Shown here in pieces: positions 17,061-27,747 of a stretch of DNA of 64,000 nt; within the stretch, counting starts at the first letter, position 1, and each line of letters starts with the position of its first letter. Both the position numbers and the translations under genes were made by a program. Below the pieces are notes generated by a model. That model was not told the origin of the DNA. It saw nothing but the letters and a program-made list of their open reading frames with translations, and ran no database searches. Source of the DNA: an uncultured Microbacterium sp. (GTDB lineage Bacteria; Actinomycetota; Actinomycetes; Actinomycetales; Microbacteriaceae); assembly GCF_913774845.1 (NCBI RefSeq), contig NZ_CAJYJO010000055.1. One strand, 5' to 3'.

Positions 17061-18604
17061 GCGGGGTGCGCCTGCGCGGCCTGCGCATCGACGGTCCGGA
17101 TGGCGCGATCGTGCGCGGACTCGATCTCGATGTCGCACCGGGGGAGTGCGTCGCGATCGTCGGCGAGTCGGGAGCGGGCAAGTCGCTGAGCGGACGCGCC
17201 CTGCTCGGGCTGGTTCCCGACGGTCTGTTGTGGTCCGCGGACGACCTGGAGATCGACGGCGTCGCCGCGCAGTCCCTGACCGGACCGCAGTGGCGGGCCC
17301 TGCGCGGTCGGCGCATCGCCCTCGTGTCGCAGGACGCGCTCGTCTCGCTGGATCCCCTCCGTCGTGTCGGCGCCGAGGTCGCCGAGCCGGTGCGCATCCA
17401 TGAGCCGGGCGTGTGCGGCGACGCTCTCGCGGGGCGCGTGCGCTCCAGCCTCGAGCGTGTCTCGATGCCCAACCCCGACGAGCGGGCCCGGCAATACCCG
17501 CACGAACTCTCCGGCGGACTGCGCCAGCGCGCCCTGATCGCCTCGGCCCTGTCGGCGAACCCCGCCGTCGTGGTCGCCGACGAACCCACCACGGCCTTGG
17601 ATGCCACCGTGCAGGCGCGCGTGCTCGACCTGCTGCGCCGCATCGCCGACGACGGCGTCGCCGTGGTGTTCATCAGCCACGACCTGGGCGCCGTCGCGCG
17701 GGTGGCGGATCGGGTCGTCGTGATGCACGAGGGACGGGTCGTCGAGACCGGCGTCACGGCCGAGGTGCTGGCATCCCCTCGCGATCCGGTCACGCGCGAA
17801 CTCGTCGCCGCGGTGTCGCACGAGCCGCTCGGCCGCGCACCGCGCACCGACGCTCCGCTCTTCGCCGCCCGCGGCGTCACGAAGCGTTTCGGCGACCGAG
17901 TGGCCGTGAACGACGTCTCGTTCGAGGTCCGTCGCGGTCGCACCCTCGCTGTCGTGGGGGAGTCGGGGTCGGGGAAGACCACCCTCGCGCGGCTCGTGGT
18001 CGGCGTAGCGGCGGCCGACGCGGGGACGCTCTCGTTCGACGGGCACTCCTGGACGCCCGACGTGGCACGCGGCGCGGACCGGCGGCGGGTGCAGCTCGTG
18101 CAGCAGAACCCCTGGGGTGCTCTGGATCCGCGGTGGAGCGTGGGTCGCACGCTCCTAGAGGCCGTGGCCGCCGGCGGCGTGGCGCGTCCCGGACGTCGTC
18201 GGGCCGTGGCCGCCCTGCTCGACGAGGTCGGGCTGTCTCCCGCGTTCGTCCGGCGCCGACCCGCGCAGCTGTCGGGCGGACAGCGCCAGCGCGTCGCGAT
18301 CGCCCGCGCCCTCGCGGTGTCGCCCGATCTGCTCGTGCTCGACGAACCGGTCTCGGCCCTCGACGCCTCGGTCCGGGCACGCATCCTCGAACGCCTGCTC
18401 ACCCTGCAGCGCGAGCGCGACCTCGCGATGATCTTCGTCACCCACGATCTCGACGTCGTGGCCGGAATCGCCGACGACGTGATCGTGATGAAGGACGGCC
18501 GCGTCGTGGACTCCGGCGCCGTGTCGTGCGTCTTCGCCGCGCCGGGGCATCCGTTCACCCGGGAGCTGCTGGCCGCCGCCGGCCTGGGCGTCCCCGAGGC
18601 GTGA
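17057..18604 (+). CDS. ABC transporter ATP-binding protein with two fused ATPase domains
   Basis: Two Walker A motifs (GESGAGKS, GESGSGKT) and two signature motifs (LSGGLRQR, LSGGQRQR). Confidence 0.92.
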   Translation: MSGVRLRGLRIDGPDGAIVRGLDLDVAPGECVAIVGESGAGKSLSGRALLGLVPDGLLWSADDLEIDGVAAQSLTGPQWRALRGRRIALVSQDALVSLDPLRRVGAEVAEPVRIHEPGVCGDALAGRVRSSLERVSMPNPDERARQYPHELSGGLRQRALIASALSANPAVVVADEPTTALDATVQARVLDLLRRIADDGVAVVFISHDLGAVARVADRVVVMHEGRVVETGVTAEVLASPRDPVTRELVAAVSHEPLGRAPRTDAPLFAARGVTKRFGDRVAVNDVSFEVRRGRTLAVVGESGSGKTTLARLVVGVAAADAGTLSFDGHSWTPDVARGADRRRVQLVQQNPWGALDPRWSVGRTLLEAVAAGGVARPGRRRAVAALLDEVGLSPAFVRRRPAQLSGGQRQRVAIARALAVSPDLLVLDEPVSALDASVRARILERLLTLQRERDLAMIFVTHDLDVVAGIADDVIVMKDGRVVDSGAVSCVFAAPGHPFTRELLAAAGLGVPEA

Positions 18605-18679
18605 GCCCGCGCGGCCCCTCGCGCCGCGTGTCCGCGCGCGGAGCCGCACCGCAGCCCGCCCTCCTCGCGTAGACTCGAC

Positions 18680-18866
18680 GGACACGCATCGATCCGGCCA
18701 TCACCGGGGAGCTCGCGGAAGAACAGGGTCCAGGCCCCCAGTAGAACCGCGCGGGGCAGGCCCGTCACAGCCGCAGTGAGAGCGGCACCGGCCCCTGAGT
18801 TCGTCGACGGGTCCCGTGCAATGCAGGGTGGTACCGCGGTCCGCATGGATCGTCCCGGCGAGAGAA
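18680..18866 (+). promoter_or_regulatory. Ile T-box riboswitch (actinobacterial translational type)
   Basis: Stem I sequence GATCCGGCCATCACCGGGGAGC with the ATC (Ile) specifier at 18700-18702; T-box GCAGGGTGGTACCGCG at about 18823-18838; directly upstream of ileS. Confidence 0.88.
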
Positions 18867-18885
18867 CCTCGACCCGCGGAGTGAC

Positions 18886-21800
18886 ATGACCTACCCACGC
18901 CCCTCATCCTTCGGCCCGGCCGCCGACGCGCAGAGCGCCGCCGTCGCGGCATCCGTCGTCCCGAGCCCTCGCTTCCCGTCGATCGAGAACGACACGCTCG
19001 CGTTCTGGAAGGACGACGACACCTTCCGCGCCTCCATCGCGAACCGCGAGGGCGCCGAGGAGTGGGTGTTCTACGACGGCCCGCCCTTCGCGAACGGCCT
19101 GCCGCACTACGGGCACCTCCTCACCGGGTACGCCAAGGACGTCTTCCCGCGCTTCCAGACGATGCGCGGCAAGAAGGTCGACCGCGTCTTCGGCTGGGAC
19201 ACGCACGGCCTTCCCGCCGAGCTCGAGGCGATGAAGCAGCTCGGCATCACCGAGAAGGACGAGATCGAGCGCATGGGCGTCGCGACCTTCAACGCGAAGG
19301 CCCGCGAGTCGGTGCTCGAGTACACGCGCGAGTGGCAGGACTACGTCACGCGCCAGGCCCGCTGGGTCGACTTCGAGCGCGGCTACAAGACGCTGGACAC
19401 GACGTACATGGAGAGCGTCCTGTGGGCGTTCAAGACGCTGCACGACAAGGGTCTCGCGTACGAGGGCTACCGCGTGCTGCCCTACTGCTGGCGTGACGAG
19501 ACGCCGCTGTCGACGCACGAGCTGCGCATGGACGACGACGTCTACAAGATGCGCCAGGACCCCTCGGTCACGGTCACCTTCCCGCTGGTGGGCGCCAAGG
19601 CCGAGTCGCTCGGCCTCACCGGCGTCCGCGCCCTGGCCTGGACGACGACGCCGTGGACCCTGCCGACGAACCTCGCGCTCGCGGTGGGTCCCGGCATCCG
19701 GTACGCGGTGGTCGAGGGCGGCCCGAACGGCGCGGCCGACGTGCACACGACCCCCGACGGCACGCCCGACGAGGCGTTCGAGGCCGTCGCGCACCGGTAC
19801 CTGCTGGCCGAGGACCTGCTTGCGAACTACGCCAAGGACCTCGGGTACGACAGCGCGGATGCCGCCCGCGCGGCCGTGCAGACGACGATCTCGGGCGCGG
19901 AGCTCGAGGGCGTCGCGTACGACCGGCTGTTCGACTATTACGCCGACGCCGACACGTGGGGAACCGAGAACGCGTGGAAGATCCTCGTCGACGACTACGT
20001 CACGGTCTCGGACGGCACCGGCATCGTGCACCAGGCCCCCGCGTACGGTGAAGACGACAAGCGCCTCGCGGATGCCGCGGGCCTTCCCACGATCATCTCG
20101 CTCGACGACGGCGGACGGTTCCTGTCAGCCGTGACCGACGTCGCGGGCGAGCTGTGGCTCGAGGCGAACCGTCCGCTGATCCGTCTGCTCAAGCAGGGCG
20201 GGCGTCTCTTGCGCGAGGCGTCGTACGAGCACTCGTACCCGCACTGCTGGCGCTGCCGGAACCCCCTCATCTACAAGGCCGTGTCGAGCTGGTTCGTGCG
20301 CGTGACCGACATCAAGGACGACCTGCTGGCGAACAACCAGCAGATCACCTGGGTGCCCGAGAACGTCAAGGAGGGCCAGTTCGGCAAGTGGCTCGAGGGC
20401 GCGCGTGACTGGTCGATCAGCCGCAACCGCTACTGGGGCTCGCCGATCCCGGTGTGGAAGAGCGACGACCCGAACTTCCCGCGCGTCGACGTGTACGGCT
20501 CGCTCGCCGAGATGGAGGCCGACTTCGGCCGCCTGCCGGTGAACGCCGACGGCGAGGTCGACCTGCACCGTCCCTACATCGACGGCCTCACGCGCCCGAA
20601 CCCCGACGACCCGACCGGGCAGTCGACGATGCGCCGCATCGAGGACGTCCTCGACGTGTGGTTCGACTCGGGCTCGATGCCGTTCGCGCAGGTGCACTAC
20701 CCCTTCGAGAACCACGAGTGGTTCGACGAGCACGCCCCCGCCGACTTCATCGTCGAGTACATCGGGCAGACGCGCGGCTGGTTCTACGTCATGCACGTGC
20801 TCTCGACCGCGCTGTTCGACCGCCCCGCCTACACGGGCGTGTCGTGCCACGGCATCGTGCTCGGCAACGACGGGCAGAAGATGTCGAAGTCGCTGCGCAA
20901 CTACCCCGACGTGCGCGAGGTGTTCGACCGCGACGGTTCGGATGCCATGCGGTGGTTCCTCATGTCGTCGAGCGTCCTGCGCGGTGGCAACCTCGTCGTG
21001 ACCGAGGAGGGCATCCGCTCGGGCGTCCGCGAGTTCCTGCTGCCGCTGTGGAACGCGTGGTACTTCTTCGCGACGTACGCGAACGCTTCAGCGCCGGTGG
21101 CTGAGTCCGTCGAAGCCTCCGGCCCCGGGCTCGAGGGGGTTTCGGTCCCTTCGACGGGCTCAGGGACCTCGGTCGCAGGCCCAGGGACCTCGGTCGGCGG
21201 GTATGAAGCTCAGTGGCGCACCGACTCCACCGACGTGCTCGACCGCTACATCCTCGCGCTCACCGGCGACCTCGTGCGCGATGTCGCTTCCGACCTCGAG
21301 GGCCTGGACTCGACGACCGCGGCCGAGCGTCTGCGCGACTTCGCCGAGGTGCTGACCAACTGGTACATCCGCCGCTCACGCGACCGCTTCTGGGTGGGCG
21401 TGACCGACGACCCGTCCAGCCGCCAGGCCTTCGACACGCTCTACACGGTGCTCGAGACGCTCACCCGCGTGGCCGCTCCGCTGCTGCCGCTGGTGACCGA
21501 GCGCGTATGGCAGGGGCTGACCGGCGGGCGGAGCGTCCACCTGACCGACTGGCCCGACGCCGCGGCGTTCCCCGCCGCCGAAGACATCCGCACCGCGATG
21601 GACACCGTGCGCGAGGTCTCGAGCGTCGCCAACGCCCTGCGCAAGCGCGAGGGCAAGCGTGTGCGCCTGCCGCTGCCGCGTCTGACGGTGGTGACCCCGG
21701 ATGCCGCGGGCCTGGCGCAGTTCGACGACATCCTGCGCGAGGAGCTCAACGTCAAGGCCGTCGAGCAGGTCGCCCTCGAAGACGGCACAGCGGGGGAGTA

Positions 21801-22383
21801 CGGGATCACCCACCGCCTCTCCGTGAACGCCCGCGCCGCGGGTCCGCGCCTGGGCAAGCAGGTGCAGCAGGCCATCAAGGCTGCGCGTGAGGGCGCCTGG
21901 AGCGAGGTCGACGGACAGGTCGTCGCCGGCGGCATCCCGCTCGAACCTGCGGAGTACGACCTCGTCGTCGAGACCGCGGGTCGACCCGAGGGAGAGGCTC
22001 TTGCGGTGCTGTCCAGCGGCGGCTTCGTGCTGCTCGACACCGTCACCACCCCCGAGCTCGAGGCCGAGGGTCTGGCGCGCGACATGATCCGCGGCATCCA
22101 GGACACCCGTAAGGCCGCCGGCTTCGACGTGAGCGACCGGATCGCCCTCACCCTCACGTTCGACGACGCCGGTGACGCCGCGGCCGTGGCTCAGGCGTTC
22201 GACGTGGCGGGCGTGGCATCCGAGACCCTCGCCGAGAGCGTCGTGCTCGCGAGCCGCACCGAGCGACTCATCGAGCGCGGGAACGTCGGGGCGCCGCAGT
22301 TCGAGAACGTCCTCATCGCCAGGACCTATGCGAACGTCGGTGCCGTCACGGTGGCCGTGGCGCGGATCGGAGCCCCCGCATGA
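18886..22383 (+). CDS. ileS: Isoleucine--tRNA ligase
   Basis: [24 protein letters not shown] and KMSKS; carries an in-frame repeat-derived insert at about 21091-21195. Confidence 0.97.
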   Translation: MTYPRPSSFGPAADAQSAAVAASVVPSPRFPSIENDTLAFWKDDDTFRASIANREGAEEWVFYDGPPFANGLPHYGHLLTGYAKDVFPRFQTMRGKKVDRVFGWDTHGLPAELEAMKQLGITEKDEIERMGVATFNAKARESVLEYTREWQDYVTRQARWVDFERGYKTLDTTYMESVLWAFKTLHDKGLAYEGYRVLPYCWRDETPLSTHELRMDDDVYKMRQDPSVTVTFPLVGAKAESLGLTGVRALAWTTTPWTLPTNLALAVGPGIRYAVVEGGPNGAADVHTTPDGTPDEAFEAVAHRYLLAEDLLANYAKDLGYDSADAARAAVQTTISGAELEGVAYDRLFDYYADADTWGTENAWKILVDDYVTVSDGTGIVHQAPAYGEDDKRLADAAGLPTIISLDDGGRFLSAVTDVAGELWLEANRPLIRLLKQGGRLLREASYEHSYPHCWRCRNPLIYKAVSSWFVRVTDIKDDLLANNQQITWVPENVKEGQFGKWLEGARDWSISRNRYWGSPIPVWKSDDPNFPRVDVYGSLAEMEADFGRLPVNADGEVDLHRPYIDGLTRPNPDDPTGQSTMRRIEDVLDVWFDSGSMPFAQVHYPFENHEWFDEHAPADFIVEYIGQTRGWFYVMHVLSTALFDRPAYTGVSCHGIVLGNDGQKMSKSLRNYPDVREVFDRDGSDAMRWFLMSSSVLRGGNLVVTEEGIRSGVREFLLPLWNAWYFFATYANASAPVAESVEASGPGLEGVSVPSTGSGTSVAGPGTSVGGYEAQWRTDSTDVLDRYILALTGDLVRDVASDLEGLDSTTAAERLRDFAEVLTNWYIRRSRDRFWVGVTDDPSSRQAFDTLYTVLETLTRVAAPLLPLVTERVWQGLTGGRSVHLTDWPDAAAFPAAEDIRTAMDTVREVSSVANALRKREGKRVRLPLPRLTVVTPDAAGLAQFDDILREELNVKAVEQVALEDGTAGEYGITHRLSVNARAAGPRLGKQVQQAIKAAREGAWSEVDGQVVAGGIPLEPAEYDLVVETAGRPEGEALAVLSSGGFVLLDTVTTPELEAEGLARDMIRGIQDTRKAAGFDVSDRIALTLTFDDAGDAAAVAQAFDVAGVASETLAESVVLASRTERLIERGNVGAPQFENVLIARTYANVGAVTVAVARIGAPA
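21096..21195. repeat. Two inverted copies of the 25-nt palindrome plus a partial duplicate inside ileS
   Basis: GGTGGCTGAGTCCGTCGAAGCCTCC (21096-21120), GGTCCCTTCGACGGGCTCAGGGACC (21144-21168), and CAGGGACCTCGGTC duplicated. Confidence 0.85.
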
Positions 22384-23732
22384 GCGAGCGCAACAGGGCG
22401 GATGCCGTCTACTCGGCGCTGCTCGAACGGCAGGGCGAGCAGTGGGTGCAGCCGCGCGTCGAGCGCACCCGCCGCGTGCTCGAACTGCTCGCCGACCCGC
22501 AGCGCACGTACCGCGTCATCCACGTCACCGGGACCAACGGCAAGACCTCGACCAGCCGCATGATCGAGAGCCTGTTGCGGGCCCTCGGGCTGCGCACGGG
22601 GCTGTTCACGAGCCCGCACCTCGAGCGCTTCACCGAGCGCATCCTCATCGACGGCGAGCCCGTGGCCGACGCCGCGATCGCCGACGCCTGGGACGAGATC
22701 CAGCCGTTCGTCGACATGGTGGATGCCGAGCTCTCGGCATCCGGAGACGCCCCGCTGACGTTCTTCGAGCTCCTCACCGTGCTGGCCTTCGTCGCGTTCG
22801 CGGACGCGCCGATCGACGTGCTCGTGCTCGAGGTCGGGATGGGCGGGGAGTGGGACTCCACGAACACCGCCGACGGAGACGTCGCGGTCTTCGCGCCGAT
22901 CGACATCGACCACACCGATCGTCTGGGCTCGAGCATCGCCGAGATCGCCACGGTCAAGGCCGGGATCATCAAGCCTGGGGCGGCGGTCGTCTCGGCCGCG
23001 CAGCCGGAGGAGGCCCTCCGCGCCATCCGCGCCCGCGCCGAGAAGGAGGGCGCCACCGTGTCGGTCGCCGGCGACGGTTTCGCGCTCGAGGGCCAGACCC
23101 TCGCCGTGGGCGGACAGCAGCTCGACATCCGCGGGGTGGCCGGCACCTACTCCGAGGTGTATCTGCCGCTGTACGGCGCTCATCAGGGCAGCAATGCGGC
23201 CCTCGCGGTCGCCGCGGTCGAGTCGCTCATCGGCGGGGGGGAGCAGGCGCTGAGCGCCGACGTCGTCGCCGACGGTCTCGGTAACGCCACCTCGCCCGGC
23301 CGGCTGCAGCTCATCGGCACCGCGCCCACCGTCTTCGTCGACGCGGCGCACAACCCGCACGGCGCCCGTGCCCTGGTCGCCGCTCTCGACGAGTCCTTCG
23401 ACATCGACGAGTGGGGCGCCGTGGTCGGCATCCTCGAGGGCAAGGATGCCGCCGGCATCATGTCGGCGCTGGTCCCGGGGGTCGCTCGCGTGTTCGCGAC
23501 CGCGCCCGACAGCGACCGCGCCACCGATCCCGACGCGATCGCCGACGTCGCCGAGTCGGCCGACCTGCCCGTCACGGTGCACCCGACCCTCGAGGACGCC
23601 GCCGACGCCGCGCGTTCCTGGGCCGCCGAGTCCGACCGCCGAGCCGTCGTCATCGCCGGGTCCGTCGTGCTCGCCGGCGAGGCCCTGCGGCTCGCGGAGC
23701 TCGAGGACTGGAAGGCCGGGTGGCAGGGTTGA
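22380..23732 (+). CDS. folC: Bifunctional folylpolyglutamate synthase/dihydrofolate synthase
   Basis: [29 protein letters not shown]. Confidence 0.95.
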   Translation: MSERNRADAVYSALLERQGEQWVQPRVERTRRVLELLADPQRTYRVIHVTGTNGKTSTSRMIESLLRALGLRTGLFTSPHLERFTERILIDGEPVADAAIADAWDEIQPFVDMVDAELSASGDAPLTFFELLTVLAFVAFADAPIDVLVLEVGMGGEWDSTNTADGDVAVFAPIDIDHTDRLGSSIAEIATVKAGIIKPGAAVVSAAQPEEALRAIRARAEKEGATVSVAGDGFALEGQTLAVGGQQLDIRGVAGTYSEVYLPLYGAHQGSNAALAVAAVESLIGGGEQALSADVVADGLGNATSPGRLQLIGTAPTVFVDAAHNPHGARALVAALDESFDIDEWGAVVGILEGKDAAGIMSALVPGVARVFATAPDSDRATDPDAIADVAESADLPVTVHPTLEDAADAARSWAAESDRRAVVIAGSVVLAGEALRLAELEDWKAGWQG

Positions 23733-24142
23733 GCCCGCGCGAACCCCGCGCCCCTCGCCCGCGCCGCCAGCGCGGCGCCCAGGAGTCGCTCGGCGCGGTG
23801 GTGCTCGGCTTCGAGTCCATCGTCGTGTTCCTCGGCGGGCTCGTCGTCTACGGCCTCAAGGTGCTGCCGTTCGACATCGCGCCCTGGTGGGGCATCGTCG
23901 GCGGCGTCGTCCTGGCGATCGCGATGGTCGCGGTCTCCGGGCTGCTCCGGCACCGCTGGGCGCTGTTCGCCGGGTGGGGCCTGCAGGTGCTCCTGCTGCT
24001 CGGCGGTTTCCTCGTCCCCGCCCTCGCCGTGGTCGCCGTCATTTTCGGCGGCATGTGGGCGTATGCGACGATCAAGGGAGCGGCACTGGACCGACGCAAC
24101 GCCCGGCTCGCCGCCGACCCCGACCTCTCGAACGGAGAATGA
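23729..24142 (+). CDS. Membrane protein, DUF4233-like
   Basis: Four hydrophobic segments; conserved folC-X-ndk position; TTG start overlapping the folC stop. Confidence 0.75.
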   Translation: MSPREPRAPRPRRQRGAQESLGAVVLGFESIVVFLGGLVVYGLKVLPFDIAPWWGIVGGVVLAIAMVAVSGLLRHRWALFAGWGLQVLLLLGGFLVPALAVVAVIFGGMWAYATIKGAALDRRNARLAADPDLSNGE

Positions 24143-24145
24143 CCC

Positions 24146-24562
24146 ATGGCCACCGAAGAGACCCTCGTCCTGGTCAAGCCCGACGGCGTCGCCCGCGGCC
24201 TGACCGGCGCGATCCTCGCCCGTATCGAGGCGAAGGGCTACGCCCTCGTCGACATCCGCCTCGTCGAGCCCGACCGTGAGACCCTCGCCCAGCACTACGC
24301 CGAGCACGAGGGCAAGCCGTTCTACGAGCCGCTGCTCGAGTTCATGATGTCGGGACCCTCCGTCGCGATCCGCCTCGCCGGTAACCGCGTCATCGAGGGC
24401 TTCCGCTCCCTCGCCGGGACGACCGATCCCACGACCGCGGCCCCCGGCACCATCCGCGGCGACTTCGGCCGCGACTGGGGCCTGAAGGTGCAGCAGAACC
24501 TCGTGCACGGCTCCGACAGCGTCGAATCCGCCGAGCGCGAGCTCGCGATCTGGTTCGCCTGA
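24146..24562 (+). CDS. ndk: Nucleoside-diphosphate kinase
   Basis: LVKPDGV, APGTIRGDF and NLVHGSDS. Confidence 0.97.
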   Translation: MATEETLVLVKPDGVARGLTGAILARIEAKGYALVDIRLVEPDRETLAQHYAEHEGKPFYEPLLEFMMSGPSVAIRLAGNRVIEGFRSLAGTTDPTTAAPGTIRGDFGRDWGLKVQQNLVHGSDSVESAERELAIWFA

Positions 24563-24575
24563 TCCCGGATGCCGA

Positions 24576-24607
24576 GAAGGCCGTCGCCCGTAAGGGCGGC
24601 GGCCTTC
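24576..24607. terminator. Hairpin between the convergent ndk and vkor genes
   Basis: GAAGGCCGTCGCCC-GTAA-GGGCGGCGGCCTTC with a GNRA loop. Confidence 0.75.
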
Positions 24608-24762
24608 GTCGTTGTGGGCGGCGTGTCGGGGACGGACGCGGCCCGCTCCGTCAAAGCTGGGTGAGCACCGCGCCGCACGATGTCAGCGATCCCCACCACC
24701 TCAGCGGCTCCAAGCGCCGTAGCGCTGAGGATGCTCGACTTCGCGACATCGCGCGCGGTACG

Positions 24763-25359
24763 TCAGAGCTGGGCGAGCACGTTCAGGCGCAGCTGCGCGA
24801 GCACCGCCACCACGACGAACGCGGCGAGCGTCATGAGCGGAACCCACGACATCAGGCGGTCGGCGATCTCCCGCACGCGCCGGCCCGGCAGAACGCCCTC
24901 GCGCAGCACGTGCAGCGTCACGACGAAGAACGAGGGGATGACCACCGACCACGTCACCATGCACCAGGGGCAGAGCGTCGCGAGCACGTACAGGCTCTGC
25001 GCGATCAGCCAGATGACGAATCCGAGCGCGAAGGCGAAGCCGACCCAGAAGAGCGCCCAGAACCACCGCGCGAAACGGGCTCCGGCGAGCAGCGCCATGC
25101 CGACCACGATGGGCGCGATCCACGCCGCGAGACCGATGATCGGGTTGGGGAAACCGAAGACGCTGCCCTGCGCCGACTGCAGGTTCGCCGAGCACTGCAC
25201 CAGCACGCTGAAGTCGCAGGATGCCGCCGCATCGGGGTTCGCGAGCTGGTGGAAGCGCTCCATGGTCAGCGAGAAAGCGGCCCACCATCCGACGACCCCC
25301 GCGAAGATCAGCCAGACGGCGACGACGACGGGGCGGCGCGGGGCGACTGTTTCGCTCAT
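24763..25359 (-). CDS. Vitamin K epoxide reductase family protein (bacterial VKOR, DsbB analogue)
   Basis: SCDFSVLVQC, FGFPNP and the CPWC redox motif; multiple transmembrane helices. Confidence 0.93.
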   Translation of the reverse strand: MSETVAPRRPVVVAVWLIFAGVVGWWAAFSLTMERFHQLANPDAAASCDFSVLVQCSANLQSAQGSVFGFPNPIIGLAAWIAPIVVGMALLAGARFARWFWALFWVGFAFALGFVIWLIAQSLYVLATLCPWCMVTWSVVIPSFFVVTLHVLREGVLPGRRVREIADRLMSWVPLMTLAAFVVVAVLAQLRLNVLAQL

Positions 25360-25463
25360 GTGCGCGATTCTTCCACCCGGTCGCTATGCGCATGCTTTGA
25401 GAGGCGGGGGCTGTCCTCCGGTCGGCAAGCGGCAGCGCGTGCGGGTCTCGCCCCGAGCGTGCT

Positions 25464-26990
25464 TCACTCGCGGGTCGTGTAGATGCTGTGGTCCAGAACC
25501 TCGCCGGTGAAGACGTCGAGCCCGGGTGGGGGACCTCCGTGCGTCTCGGCGTATTGCTTTTCCCATGCGGCGACTGAGTCGGCGTATGCCTGATTGTTGT
25601 GCGCTGCGAGGGGGCTGAGAGATCCCTGCATCACAACGCGGGTGACGTTGGGCGCCGTCGCGTCGTACACGTTGCCATCGAGCGCCGGCACGATATCGGT
25701 GACGTGCTGGAACGCATACACCGGAACGCGCGACGGGATGACAAAGGAGTCTATGGGGGAGCCGTTCGTCACGACGCCGACCGTGTTGTACGGGAATGCG
25801 GGATCGGCCGCGAGATTCGCTGCCATGATTCCTCCCTGGCTGAATCCCGTCAGCACGACATCGCCTCCAGGCGGGATTCCGGCGTCGTTCATCGCTTCCA
25901 GAACAGCCCGCTCGTAGGCGGTACGAAGAAGAGGATTGTCGGCCATGAGGGCGACGTTCGAGTCGCGATCATTGAGGGCACCGCTATCAGAACTCCACTG
26001 CCAATCCTGGGTGGACGGCAACGAAACAACCCATCGCTCGACTCCGTCCGCGCCTCGAATTTTCTTCACGTCGATCACGGTCGCATCGGCGGTGCCCATG
26101 GCGTCCGTCGTGCCGTTCACCGAGACAAGATCAGAAAGCGACGACAGATGAGTGACCTTTTGAGACTCATCCCAAGCCAATCGTTCGTCGCCATGTAACG
26201 CGTGTGGATCAAGCTCCTCTACATCGGTCGAGTCCTGCAGAAAATTCTGGGCGGCGCCGCCGAGCACCAGACCCACTCCGACTCCGACGGGCCCGAAGGG
26301 TGCGGTTATGAGGGCGTTCGCCATGGGCAGGATGTGGGCAACGATCCGTCGGAGTTCGCCAAGCCCCTCATCAACGATGGGAAGAAGTCTCTGCAGCAGG
26401 GAATCGAGGGCGAACAGCGCCTCGACCAAGTCGGTTACGAGACGCCCCGTCGCGTCGATGAGGTCGTACGCGCCTCGCGCGAAATCCTCCACACGCTCCG
26501 AGATGACGAAGGGATTGACCGCGAACGAGAAGAGCTCGTCCGCGAACTTCGCCAACTGAATGAGCGCGTCACAGACATAGGAACGGGTTGCGTCGACGAG
26601 TCTCGAGGCAAGGCGAAGGGCCGCTGCGGCCGCAGAAGTCCATTCAGAGGCGTCGAGCGCGATACGTTGCAGGTCCTCGTGTCGCTCGCGCAGCGCACGA
26701 ACTGTGCGCCCGTCCAGTTCATCGAGAGACGATCGTGCCTGCTGGACAATATCCGGGATCCCGATGAGCAAGCGCGAGGCGTCTTCCCATGTCGCGGCGA
26801 CGGAAGCCGTCGCGACCGGGTCGCCAGCCAACGCGTCGAACCATTCGCGCAATGGTTCAATGAACTGAAGGACGACGCCGGCAATGCTGGGAATCTGGGC
26901 GCAGTAGTCGCTGCCGGGACCGTTCGTGGGAACACCGCGGGTCCAGCTGCCGCCAGCGAGCTCCGCGCTGATCGCGGATGCCGTGGTCAT
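25464..26990 (-). CDS. Putative type VII secretion substrate: helical N-terminal domain plus C-terminal alpha/beta hydrolase (lipase-like)
   Basis: N-terminal PLREWFDALAGDP...AATW helical region; nucleophile elbow VVLTGFSQGG, candidate Asp in HVTDIVP and His in AAHNN; sits among WXG100-like genes. Confidence 0.7.
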   Translation of the reverse strand: MTTASAISAELAGGSWTRGVPTNGPGSDYCAQIPSIAGVVLQFIEPLREWFDALAGDPVATASVAATWEDASRLLIGIPDIVQQARSSLDELDGRTVRALRERHEDLQRIALDASEWTSAAAAALRLASRLVDATRSYVCDALIQLAKFADELFSFAVNPFVISERVEDFARGAYDLIDATGRLVTDLVEALFALDSLLQRLLPIVDEGLGELRRIVAHILPMANALITAPFGPVGVGVGLVLGGAAQNFLQDSTDVEELDPHALHGDERLAWDESQKVTHLSSLSDLVSVNGTTDAMGTADATVIDVKKIRGADGVERWVVSLPSTQDWQWSSDSGALNDRDSNVALMADNPLLRTAYERAVLEAMNDAGIPPGGDVVLTGFSQGGIMAANLAADPAFPYNTVGVVTNGSPIDSFVIPSRVPVYAFQHVTDIVPALDGNVYDATAPNVTRVVMQGSLSPLAAHNNQAYADSVAAWEKQYAETHGGPPPGLDVFTGEVLDHSIYTTRE

Positions 26991-27304
26991 GAGTCGCTCC
27001 GGGCGAAAGCGTCGACGGCGTCCTGTTCAACACTGGAGAAGGCGGTCGCGGCGTCATCTACTCCATCCGCCACTCGATCGGCGAGATCGCGGGCGGATGA
27101 CAACAGATCCCGGGCTCGCGCCGCGAGAGCAGTGGCCAGGGGAACGACGAGGCCTTGGCTCAGAGGTCCGAAAGCATCGCCTGCGAGATCAGCGCGGATG
27201 CCATCACCGGCGGTGCCGAACACCGACGAGGCTTCTCGCATGAGAACGGCCTGCTTCCGGAGAATTCCACCGTCGATTTCTATGTGCTGATTCGCAGCGG
27301 TCAT
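26987..27304 (-). CDS. Small WXG100-like/EspC-like helical protein
   Basis: 105 aa, two long amphipathic helices around a central DAFG turn, C-terminal FxxxE-like FSSVEQD; coupled to the effector gene. Confidence 0.6.
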   Translation of the reverse strand: MTAANQHIEIDGGILRKQAVLMREASSVFGTAGDGIRADLAGDAFGPLSQGLVVPLATALAARARDLLSSARDLADRVADGVDDAATAFSSVEQDAVDAFARSDS

Positions 27305-27747
27305 CGTCCAGCTTCCTCCGCGATCTTCCTCGCTTCGTCCATCGTGATGCTTCCGTCTCCTCTCGGACTAGCACCCAAGGCCGTCAAAGTCGGCTCAACG
27401 TCGAGCAGGTCGCTGTCTGCATCTCTCAGACTGACGTCGACATAGGACATCGGAAGTGACCGGCTTTCGAGAGCTACCCCAAGAATCTCCGCGACAAGCT
27501 CGGGGGCTACTTCGCTGCTGGGCTGCTGAACCGCATTCAGCGTCCCCCCGATCGACAGCGTCTCCGTGAACCCACTGAGTCTGACGTCAGCCCAGGCATC
27601 CGTGATCCCGAGATCCGCCGCCTCCAGCGCAGCCGGAATCTCCGTCTTGTACGAGTCATCGTGGAACGGCATCTGACTGCAGCCCGAGGCGACGCTCGCG
27701 ACGAGGGCGATGCCGAACAGGACGGCGAGACGGCTACGCCGGATCAT
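27301..27747 (-). CDS. Lipoprotein, candidate immunity protein
   Basis: Signal peptide MIRRSRLAVLFGIALVASVASG|C with a lipobox; lies inside the WXG100-like operon. Confidence 0.65.
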   Translation of the reverse strand: MIRRSRLAVLFGIALVASVASGCSQMPFHDDSYKTEIPAALEAADLGITDAWADVRLSGFTETLSIGGTLNAVQQPSSEVAPELVAEILGVALESRSLPMSYVDVSLRDADSDLLDVEPTLTALGASPRGDGSITMDEARKIAEEAGR

